Below are positions 25,401 through 34,738 of a stretch of DNA of 64,000 nucleotides, in pieces. Positions within the stretch are counted from its first letter, which is position 1. Every line of letters starts with the position of its first letter. Location of the stretch: NCBI GenBank assembly GCA_002269645.1, contig NIVC01000136.1:434001-498000 (forward strand), in the 5' to 3' direction. The stretch is from Macrostomum lignano (Eukaryota). The translations under genes and the position numbers were made by a program. The notes below the pieces were generated by a model that saw only the letters and a list, made by a program, of their open reading frames with translations, was not told where the DNA came from and did not search any database.

Positions 25401-28400
25401 CTCACCTAGACTCTATTTTCAAAAGTAAAAGCTAAATAAAGTATTTATTATTTCTATTTTCAATATTGTACACTACTTACATTGTTCTAGGTTCGCGTGG
25501 ACTCGCCAGTCGCCGGATCAGTCGTGGCTGAGTACATATATGCCAACGAGACAGCTTGGACCCCAATCAATGAAGTTGGCAAGCCGAAGGGAACTATTTC
25601 GTCCGGACTTACATTTGAAGTTGCCCCGAGGGCTAAAATTACAAAGATCAGGTTCACAAATGTTACTTTCTCATCTGCAGCAGATGTTACTGCTACTATT
25701 AGCCTTAAGATCTGCAAAATGAATGGCGTTAATACTAATACTGCTGGAACTGCAACAGCCACAGCGAAGACGCCGTTCAAACCACCAACTGTTCCTCGTT
25801 ACACAACAACGGAAGCGCCGACAACAACAACAACAACAACAACAGCAACAACAACAACAACAACGCCAGTCCCTACTACCACAACAACACCAAAACCAAC
25901 AACAACAACAGCTCCAACAACCACTACTACAACTCCAACAACAACAACTACAGAAATACCAACGACTACGACTACTACAACAACAGCAAAACCAAAAACA
26001 ACAACCACACCAGAGACAACGACTACCACTACAACACCAGAACCAACAACAACAACCACACCAGAGCCAACAACTACCACAACAACACCAGAACCAACAA
26101 CAACAACCACACCAGAGCCAACAACTACCACAACAACACCAGAACCAACAACAACACACCAGAGCCAACGACTACACAACAACACCGCAGACAACTACCA
26201 ACTACAACTACAAGTTCCTACAACCACAACGACACCAAAAACAACAACAACTACACCAGTTCCGACAACTACAACGACGCCAACTACTACTACAACAACC
26301 ACATCAGCGCCAACAACTACTACTACAAAAGCAGCAACAACTACTACTACAGAAGCAGCAACAACTACTACTAGCCCAGCTTGCGACGAGACTTGTCTGT
26401 TGGACTTCGGCTGCGACCGAAACGCTCAAGTGCGAGCCCCTGGTGGTGCGTCCTCAGTTCAGCTGACTGACTTTAAGGGATCCATCTCAGAGCAGTTTGC
26501 GTGCATTGCAAAGACAGTCACTTGCTGTCCAGATGGCTACAGCAAGGTCGACAAATTCTGCGTCAAGGACACGGTTGGTTGCACTACAACGCCTCCAATC
26601 GATTGTAAGTCGCCACTTCCAAGCACCTGCCTAAAAGAAGTGACATGCGAAGAGATGACATCCGTGAGATTCAGTGAGCCTGTAAACTCTAACTCCAAAT
26701 GTCACAGCATTCTGTCGAACTGCGGATCATCTATCTGTCCAACTGGATATCGAAACAACATGAAGGGATATTGTGTCAAGTACCCAGGCTCAGATACATG
26801 TCTCAGAGCCTGCCAGTGCAAGTTCAGAAACGGAACCACAACTGACATCCGCATTGATGAGTGGTGTGACATGGGTGACTGCAGAGAGTGCCAGTGCCGC
26901 TGGGACTCCAAGAAGGGAGGCAAGATTTGGAGCAACTGCCGAGCCGGCGTCTGCACATCGCATCGCCCGACCACAGCGGAGCCAATCACAACAACAACTA
27001 AGATTGTTACAACTACAACCACGCCAGTGCCAACAACTACAGTCTTGGAGACAACAGTGGCTCCGACTCCGCCACCAGTGTGTGACAAGGTTGTCAGCGA
27101 TGTATCTAGCGGCTTCTTCCTGCGCTTTGACGCTTCTTCAACAGAGGAAGGCAGAACTGTAAGCAACGCAGCGCCAACCTCTACAGGCTGGCGTTCAGCC
27201 TCCAGCGATTCCAACCCGTCGTTGAGCGTTCGCTTCAGAGACACCATCCAGCTGTCGCACATTGACATCAGCCCGTACAATATCCGTTCCGTATCCATTG
27301 ACGTCAGCACCGATAATCGAGTATTTACACCTGTCAAAGATGCCTCTGGAGCCATCCGGCTGTGGAACATGAACGACAAGTTTGGCGAATATCAGCGAAT
27401 TCGGCTGGCCATGCTAAAGGCGGATCTTATCGATACGCTCGCCGTGCGCATCAACATTCAGCGCATCAGGTCAGATTTGGCCACCGGCCTCAACATCCGG
27501 GTCTACGGTTGCCCGCCCGAGTGCAAATCGCCAATGGTGCCCACCAACTGCACCTGTGTGAAGACCTGCGACAAGACCGAGTGCCCGACAGGATCTGCTT
27601 GCCTGCCAGGCTGCACCTGCCCGGAGGGAATGGTAATGAACGGTGGAAAATGCATCGCTCGAACGGAGTGCCCGTGTTACTACAACGTTCAGAGCAGAGT
27701 ACTCAAGGTTTGTAATATTCATCTTTGCATCAATATACATGTAGCTTCACTTCATATTTTCGATATTAATGTCATGATAACATAGCGGTACAACCCACCA
27801 TCCTTTGATTATTCAGATTGGTGAGAAGATCCCGAGTGCGAAGAATTGCACAGATGTTTTGTGCACAGCTAGCGGACTGGTGCGTGAAGTGAACACAGAG
27901 CGTGACGGATGCCACAATTGCAGTAAGTTTTGAGCATTGCCTCTGCAAGTTAATTTTAATTCTATATACGCAGGTAAAAACAATTGCAAATCTACTCGTC
28001 CCTCAGCCGGTGGCATGGAGTGGACACCGTGCAAAGACTGCCACAAGACCTGCAAGCACCGCAAGATGTCTGCTGCCTGTCTCGCAACCTGCAAGCCTGG
28101 CTGCGCCTGCCCGAAGGGCACCTACATGGACGAGGCCTCAGGAAAGTGCGTGCCCAGCTGCCCCTGCGAGATGGAGGGTGTAAAGTATCCAGTTGGAAAG
28201 AAATGGACTGACAAGTGCCGCTCCTGCGAGTGCACCATGGAAAAGGGCGCCGTGTGCAAGGAGTCCGGCTGCCATCTGTCAACTTGCCCATCTGGATATG
28301 TGATGAAGAACGACGACCCCGCCGATGGTAAGTGCTGCGAGTGCGTGCCGATCAAGTACTGCGAGTACAAGGGCGTGAAGCACCCTCTCGACACGGTGTG

Positions 28401-29359
28401 GTCTGACGGCCCGTGCAAGTCGCTCGAGTGCCGACGAACCTCATCGGGCGAAACCAGGCTGGTAGAGAAGATCACAGAATGCCCAGCTAAATGCGCCAAC
28501 GGCATGGCACCTGTGGTAAAGGGCAACAAGTGCTGCTACTGCGAGCCTGTGACCACCACGACTGCTCCGACTACGACAACTACCGCTATCGTCACAACCA
28601 CTGCGCCAGTCTGCACGCTACACCTCTGCCGACTGCCATGCGGCTCCGAGTCCATGAGCAACATGACCGACGTCCGGTCCAAGTGCATCAAGTCAGGCTA
28701 CGTAAACTGCGGCTACGTCTGTCCAGCCGGCTACACGATGCGCAATTTGTCGTCTGGCAACGTCGTGTGCGAGATGATCGAGGCCTGCACCACAACAACT
28801 CCCGCTACAACAACAACTACAGCCGCCATTACAACAACCACTCTGGCTGCCACAACAACTACAAATGCTACAACAACTGAGGCGCCATCCAACTGCAAGC
28901 CGGTGACAACTGCGGCCAAGGTGCTGCGTCAGGGCGACTGCGTGTCAACCAAGGCGGTGGCCCTGACCGCCTGCGCGGGTGGCTGCTCCAGCGGTGCCTA
29001 CGTGAGCGAGGCTACTGGCATGCTGGTCAGTCAGTGCGCCTGCTGCCAGCCAACATCCACGAGCACTATGGAGACGCAGCTGTCTTGCCGTGAGTGCCTC
29101 CTCCGTTCAGTTCGTTCAAAGCAAAGTTCTCTTGAGCTAGTCTTGGAGTTCCAGACTTGAGCAAATAATACCAATATTAGTTCAATCATGTATCAATTGC
29201 ACCCTGCTCAATTGAGGTAGCCTAGGCCGGGGTTTCATTCTGTGGTCAGCCTTGAACAAACAACTAATTACATGAACTATTTAACTTTCAGCTGGCGGAG
29301 TCACCAAGACGTTCAAGTACCAGGTGATTCGGGCTTGCGGCTGTCGGAGCTGCAAGTGA
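1149..29359 (+). CDS. Giant secreted gel-forming mucin / hemolectin-SCO-spondin-like VWD glycoprotein (~7,970 aa, 27 exons)
   Basis: Hand-built exons: 1149-1198, 1288-1452, 2285-2427, 3056-3262, 3356-3496, 3610-3969, 4059-4565, 4638-7127, 7221-7556, 7633-8036, 8720-10531, 10613-10771, 10853-11002, 11092-11391, 11480-11836, 11919-12435, 12513-15895, 15985-16711, 16801-17310, 17376-18515, 18620-22021, 22103-22323, 22429-25392, 25491-27707, 27817-27922, 28007-29089, 29292-29359. All introns are GT-AG with consistent phases, and the total is 23,919 nt. The N-terminus MGPGRYPAAVLLSAVLLYCSAVATA is a signal peptide. The donor at 12435 is the least certain junction. Confidence 0.9.
1578..2180. repeat. 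Intronic 48-bp minisatellite (~12 copies)
   Basis: Unit ATTCGTGAAGTTGGCTAGATTAGCAATCCATTCTACTGCATGTACATC, lying in mucin intron 2. Confidence 0.95.
2285..3496 (+). CDS. Mucin exons 3-5: four EGF-like repeats
   Basis: CSPKCDNGMCVAPNSCNCSSGWSGATC; CAKECANGGICVAPNTCRCAAGFDGEQC; CVGGCGSNGKCVRGRCVCNLGYKGDKC; CKNNCNSVGTCLAPNKCRCPDGYHGDLC. All are bounded by phase-1 introns. Confidence 0.9.
2445..3010. repeat. Intronic degenerate ~50-bp tandem repeat
   Basis: Recurrent core GTGTGAAGTCACTCT(G)TAGTTAGGGAAT in mucin intron 3. Confidence 0.85.
3610..4565 (+). CDS. Mucin exons 6-7: VWD1 + C8
   Basis: CSAFGGKHFLTFDG ... CGLCGRFDG, followed by a C8 domain (FSACHSRVN...CMKDMC...YSRAC). Confidence 0.92.
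4638..7127 (+). CDS. Mucin exon 8: TIL-VWD2-C8-TIL-TIL-VWD3-C8
   Basis: CTVSGDPTYRTFDG..TGLCGNFN and CRVWGDPHYETFDG..CGLCGNFN, with C8 and TIL cysteine patterns. Confidence 0.95.
7221..12435 (+). CDS. Mucin exons 9-16: TIL/VWC cysteine-rich modules, short Thr tracts and first discoidin-like module
   Basis: Repeated CxxxC..C..GCxCP and GxxWxxDCxxCxC..CCP motifs. A discoidin-like beta module lies at about 9535-9970. Confidence 0.85.
12513..15895 (+). CDS. Mucin exon 17: Thr-rich tracts with discoidin-like modules 2-7
   Basis: Modules open with C..xGM...IxxSxI, contain GW and vDLT..V.GNVK, and close with GC/AC. They are separated by poly-Thr. Confidence 0.9.
15985..18515 (+). CDS. Mucin exons 18-20: Thr-rich tracts with discoidin-like modules 7(end)-9
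   Basis: The ORF track, splice sites and module motif all agree. Confidence 0.88.
18620..22323 (+). CDS. Mucin exons 21-22: Thr-rich tracts with discoidin-like modules 10-15
   Basis: Includes three closely related CPWxDGM modules and CPIVDGM. Confidence 0.9.
22429..25392 (+). CDS. Mucin exon 23: Thr-rich tracts, duplicated discoidin-like modules 16/17, start of module 18
   Basis: Two near-identical CPLGSDMQEV...VFMCV modules 927 nt apart. Confidence 0.9.
25491..27707 (+). CDS. Mucin exon 24: Thr tract, Cys modules, discoidin-like module 19, TIL
   Basis: CDKVVSD...GWRS...RVYGCP, followed by a TIL pattern. Confidence 0.85.
27817..29359 (+). CDS. Mucin exons 25-27: TIL/VWC modules and C-terminal cystine knot (CTCK)
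   Basis: CKPV...GDC...CAGGC...CACCQP...SC|PGG...ACGCRSCK* has the CxGxC / CxCC / CxC cystine-knot signature. Confidence 0.9.
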
Positions 29360-29459
29360 GGACTGTGATTATCATGTCTGCTGCCAATCGTGAACAGCTT
29401 AAATAACTCTGACTACTTACTGTATGATAAAGGGGACACAGAATCTTCCGCTGTGATTT

Positions 29460-29465
29460 TCCTTG
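29460..29465 (+). terminator. Candidate polyadenylation signal of the mucin gene
   Basis: AATAAA about 100 nt after the stop codon, followed by T-rich sequence. Confidence 0.5.
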
Positions 29466-30155
29466 ATGCCCGATTCTACAATAAATATATCTTTTCTTAT
29501 TTTTCTTCTCTTCCCTGGTTGAAAGGTTTCAAAACAAAATTAAAAAACTTCCAACTCACAAATCCAACATTGTTAGAATTGTACGCCATAACTGGACACG
29601 TGGATTTCGGGTGCGTAGTGTAAGGTATTCTGACTTCCTCGACTTTGTGTCACCGTAACTAGCTTCGATAAATAAGTTTGTGTTGGCTGGAAAAATTTTG
29701 TTAATACTGGACTATCATAATTAATAACAGAAAACAAAAGAGAAGAAAAACATTGAAACAAAATTCACACGCAAAAAACTATCCTACCAACCCAGCCAAC
29801 ATAATTAATAAATAAAGTTATTGTTTTCAAAACTTGTGATTCTCTATTTTTCGCGCCAAAGTACGCCTAAAAGATTTAAATTGAAAACAGCTCTTGTTAT
29901 CTATAGTTTTGATCTAAATAATTTTTTCCGTTGAAATAAAAGGACAATAGATTAGAACAAAACATATGTTTATTAGTGACAAAAGATCTGCTGGCCTTCC
30001 AGTTACGCGCACGCAGTTAAATATTTTGCTTCGGGTTTTTTCACGAAAATCGAACAACCTACTAATAGTAGCATGGTTTCCCTAAAACTACTTATATCAG
30101 ATGTCGGAACTTTTCAGAAATTCTCTAATACGAGCGTATGTGCGATAGTTTTTTA

Positions 30156-31157
30156 CTCTCTCTCCCTCTCCTCAGTCTAACTCTCTCCCTCTCCTCACTC
30201 TAACTCTCTCCCTCTCCTCACTCTAACTCTCTCCCTCTCCTCACTCTAACTCTCTCCCTCTCCTCACTCTAACTCTCTCCCTCTCCTCACTCTAACTCTC
30301 TCCCTCTCCTCACTCTAACTCTCTCCCTCTCCTCACTCTAACTCTCTCCCTCTCCTCACTCTAACTCTCTCCCTCTCCTCACTCTAACTCTCTCCCTCTC
30401 CTCACTTTAACTATCTCCCTCTCCTCTCCCTCTCTCCCTCTCCTCACTCTAACTCTCTCCCTCTCCTCACTCTAACTCTCTCCCTCTCCTCACTCTAACT
30501 CTCTCCCTCTCCTCACTCTAACTCTCTCCCTCTCCTCACTCTAACTCTCTCCCTCTCCTCACTCTAACTCTCTCCCTCTCCTCACTCTAACTCTCTCCCT
30601 CTCCTCACTCTAACTCCCTCCCTCTCCTCACTCTAACTCTCTCCCTCTCTCACTCTAACTCCCTCCCTCTCCTCACTCTAACTCTCTCCCTCTCCTCACT
30701 CTAACTCTCTCCCTCTCCTCACTCTAACTCTCTCCCTCTCCTCACTCTAACTCTCTCCCTCTCCTCACTCTAACTCTCTCCCTCTCCTCACTCTAACTCT
30801 CTCCCTCTCCTCACTCTAACTCTCTCCCTCTCCTCACTCTAACTCCCTCCCTCTCCTCACTCTAACTCTCTCCCTCTCCTCACTCTAACTCTATCCCTCT
30901 CCTCACTCTAACTCCCTCCCTCTCCTCACTCTAACTCTCTCCCTCTCCTCACTCTAACTCTATCCCTCTCCTCACTCTAACTCCCTCCCTCTCCTCACTC
31001 TAACTCTCTCCCTCTCCTCACTAACCTTCTTCTTCTTCTTCTCACTGACCCTCTCCCTCTCCTCCCTCTACCCATCTCCCTCTCCTCACTCTAACCCTCT
31101 AACTTTCCTCACTCTACCAGAAATCCTCTCCCTCCTCTTCCTCTAACCCTATCCCTC
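30156..31157. repeat. CT-rich 23-bp minisatellite (polypyrimidine tract, ~1 kb)
   Basis: Unit CTCTCCTCACTCTAACTCTCTCC. Confidence 0.95.
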
Positions 31158-31833
31158 TCAAACTTCTAGTCCGGTACAAACCTCTAGTACTGGAAGTAAA
31201 AACGTCCAATCCAGTACAAGCCAATTTATGAAGTACATTTCAGACAAATTACAAGTGATGTGGGGAAATTCTGCAAAGTAATGAGTTTCATAAAAAATGA
31301 AGCTCAACTTGAGATATCGGCAAGTTACAAATGGCAAGTGAGAAGCGTTTTTTCCAAAAGCCACGTCACATGGGATGATGTCTCTACAGGACGAAGTCAC
31401 GATGGATTCTTGACAAATTAATTACAGTCGCAAGCGTGAACTCTTCACAAGTGCATTGATCAGTTATCAGCTTGATTCACCAATTTTGATGTTGCTCGAG
31501 AAGCTGCTGCTTTATAAAACAAGAGCTCACTTGAATGAAACCGATCTGATACTCGTACAGCTCGGCAAACACACCGAGATCTGAGCTTGAGAATTCGGTG
31601 CATCAAAACTTGTTGAGCTGCTACGAAGAGGCAACGTCATGTGTCATGTACAAGCAGACGGTTTTGCGACAACTTATCCGAATATCTTTGAGGCCAATTC
31701 AAGCGCTCTGCAGACAGAATTGGCTTCAAACACCTGTCCGAGTAAAGTCAAGGAGGATCTGCTCCGCATTCTTAAAACTGGAGAGGCAGAATGGTCATTC
31801 CTCAATAAGGATTTCCTTGGGAATTAGTGATAG

Positions 31834-32217
31834 GCTCGGCCTTGGGAGTTAGCGGTACGCTCGGCCTTGGGAGTTAGCGGTACGCTCGGCCTTGGGAGTT
31901 AGCGGTACGCTCGGCCTTGGGAGTTAGCAGTACGCTCGGCCTTGGGGGTTAGCAGTACGCTCGGCCTTGGGAGTTAGCAGTACGCTCGTCCTTGGGGGTT
32001 AGCAGTACGCTCGGCCTTGGGAGTTAGCGGTACGCTCGGCCTTGGGGGTTAGCAGTACGCTCGGCCTTGGGAGTTAGCGGTACGCTCGGCCTTGGGAGTT
32101 AGCGGTACGCTCGTCCTTGGGAGTTAGCAGTACGCTCGTCCTTGGGGGTTAGCAGTACGCTCGTCCTTGGGAGTTAGCGGTACGCTCGTCCTTGGGAGTT
32201 AGCGGTACGCTCGTACC
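31834..32217. repeat. 25-bp minisatellite (~15 copies)
   Basis: Unit GCTCGGCCTTGGGAGTTAGCGGTAC. Confidence 0.95.
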
Positions 32218-32655
32218 CCGCTGACCAGCCAATTGAGAGGGTCATGGTTACCGGAGAAAGATTGATCTGCTCTGTTACTCTAATAGAGCTGCTTCGCTTC
32301 GCTGCCAGTGTGATCCAGATCGAGTTGGGACTCATCCGCTTACAGGTAAGTAGAGGACCGTCACAGCTGGATTTGCATAGGATAAAAATCCATTACCTGC
32401 ACCCAGTAATTGCTCTGGAGACACTTACCTGTAGTTAGAGCTGCTTACTGTCAGCTCTTTCAAAGCTCTTGTTTAAAATGGTAATTACGATGAAAACATC
32501 GTTGCAGACGAGAAGACAGGTAGATAAGTAAATAATGGGCCTAAACAGACAGCTTCATTTCAGCTGCTCTGACTCACGAACTGAGTGCTTCGCTAACAGT
32601 AAAATTCATTTACCGATGCAAACAGACGGTGGGCCTAATATCTTCGGCCTGAATC

Positions 32656-32663
32656 TATATAAA
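32656..32663 (+). promoter_or_regulatory. TATA box of WSC-PAN gene
   Basis: TATATAAA about 50 nt upstream of the ATG at 32709. Confidence 0.55.
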
Positions 32664-32708
32664 ACTTCTGTCTAATGCAACAGTGACAAAACCCAGTCCA
32701 GCCGGGCC

Positions 32709-33549
32709 ATGCTTCTCAGCAGGATCCTCTGCGCTGCTCCGATCCTGAGCTGCCTGATCTGCGCCGTCTCTGCGTCAGTTCCAGACATCGGACGTCGGCT
32801 GTTTTGTTGACTACACGAATGGAACGAGAGACGTCGGTGACATGAAGCACCTCAACCTCACACGAATCGGCAGCTCCGAAGTATCTCCGATATTCGAAGG
32901 CGGTAACGCTTTTGTCGGCAGCTACTCGATAATGACCCACGAGCTGTGCGGCAGCGTCTGTGGTCTGGGAGGCTTCCAATTCGCGGCTCTGCAATCGATG
33001 TACTGGTGCTTCTGCGGCAACTCGTACGGGTCGCTGGGCACTGCTCCTGAATCGAACTGCACTCATGCTTGCAGTGGAAACCACACGCAGAACTGCGGAG
33101 GCCACTACCGAAACCGGGTGCTCCGGCTGACCTACACCAACGGTGAGTTGCTGCTGCTGGTGGCTATATGTTCGACACCTGTTCTCTTATGTTGCGACAT
33201 TGTATGTTGGCGACAAAACTAAGTTTAAAGCAGTAACTCAAATTTCAAATGCCTTTGATTGGCGCGATTTGTTTAACTTTAAATGATTTCATTCTAAACT
33301 AAAGGTAACAACTTTTTCGTCCACGGCAACCGGACCTTCGTCGAGCTCAACAACGCTAATGCGCCGAACTTTACGACTGTCAGCGCTTCGAGTTTGATCC
33401 ATTGCACGTATCTGTGCTCCAGTAAAGGTTCCGGTTGCCAGGCGGTGATCTTCAGCCAGCAGCAGCGCCTGTGCCACCTGCTTGAGTTCGCTGCGGTCCC
33501 GGCCGCCCTCAGCAGCGAAAGCAGCGGCGAATTCTTTGTCCGTGGCTGA
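32709..33549 (+). pseudogene. Secreted WSC-domain + PAN/apple-domain protein; +1 frameshift near 32790 (pseudogene or sequence error)
   Basis: The ATG at 32709 gives a signal peptide (MLLSRILCAAPILSCLICAVSA). The WSC domain (VGCFVD..MTHELCGSVC..YWCFCGN..NCTHACSGNHTQNCGG) lies in the next frame. Donor at 33142/3, acceptor at 33304/5. Exon 2 encodes a PAN-like CTYLC..GCQAVIFS..LCHLL and ends TGA 33549. Confidence 0.75.
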
Positions 33550-34561
33550 GTGCGAATTGAGCAATTGAGCAGAGCACTGTAGGAAACGCAATTTAGAGTC
33601 AGATCAATACGTACAAATTTCAACTAGCAAGCATGTATACCTAAGCCTAAAGTACTAACCGGTTAGAGAAGTCTGCGTTTGAAATTGACTGACCGAAATT
33701 GTAGGCAAAACTGTTTTTGCTTCAGCCTTTCTCGTCCCGAATTCCAAAAAAAATTTATTCTTCATCCCAACAGCGTTTCAATGTATATTTTCCTTGATAG
33801 TATTTGCGAATGAACTTCTGTGCGTAAGACATTCTCTTTCTACTTTTATTCTGTAAATCTCCAGAAAAAAATAAAGCTGACTGCATGTATGTGCAATCGG
33901 AGCAATGACGTATCCTTAATTGTTTTCTGTTTTCCCTCTAAACAGCAGAAAATGTTATTTTTAAACGCGTTTACTCGTACAAGAATTTGCCTTAATGCTA
34001 TTCGTAATGACGCAGCAACCGCAGCGATCAAGACCAGGATCCGGCAGATCCCTTCGATCAGCGCGCGTCCATATCCATTTAATTGGTTCTGATGAGTACT
34101 ATCGAATCGTCAATGACCAGATCGTTCGTGACGCATCCCGACCTGGCGCTATTGTAACTAAACTCGGCTCTATGTACCCTGTGGGTCTATTTTTGTCACC
34201 GAAGTCGCTGCAGAAGAGATTAAATAAAAAGGCAGAAGCAACATAAGTTTGTTAAATTATTCTTTCCAAAGCGCTTCTGTCCGTCAAGGGCTTGGGAGTG
34301 AGGTGAGGGAGAGGGTATAGTGAGGAGAGGGAGTGGTATAGTGAGGAGAGGGAGATGAGTAGAGTCATCGCTAGTATGTCTACTCACCACTGTGCGACCA
34401 TTTACTTGCGTTGGCCCCTTGCGTCTTTACCTCTACTCTATAGTACTCGTACATTATTGCAGCTGCTTTTTGCCCTTATTATATTTGAGCTTGCGTCTCA
34501 TTTTTAATACTTGTCTTGTATGAATTACAAATACGACTGGTATATGCAATACAATGCTTTA

Positions 34562-34738
34562 AGGCTCGTCCACACAGCCATCAAATAAGACAGCATTTCG
34601 TGTGACCACACAGTTTGTACGTCAAATTTGATTCCTTTGTACATTGTTCGTGTGATTTGGTCACTCGTTTGATCGAGAACAACTAAAGCACAACTTTAGT
34701 AGTCCGGCATTGCGTTTAATGGCAGTGTGAATGGGCCT
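34562..34738. mobile_element. MITE-like non-autonomous DNA transposon (177 bp)
   Basis: 24-bp imperfect terminal inverted repeats (AGGCTCGTCCACACAGCCATCAAA vs AGGCCCATTCACACTGCCATTAAA, 19/24), flanked by TA on both sides. Confidence 0.6.

Noticed and set aside
14410-26194. Many poly-Val, poly-Gln and poly-Cys ORFs on the - strand and in shifted + frames
   Set aside because: They are antisense or out-of-frame shadows of the (ACA)n Thr tracts of the mucin.
31160-31830. Coding-looking fragments here, at 33995-34246 and at 47990-48283
   Set aside because: They are short, interrupted by stops, and carry no motif I can recognise or support.
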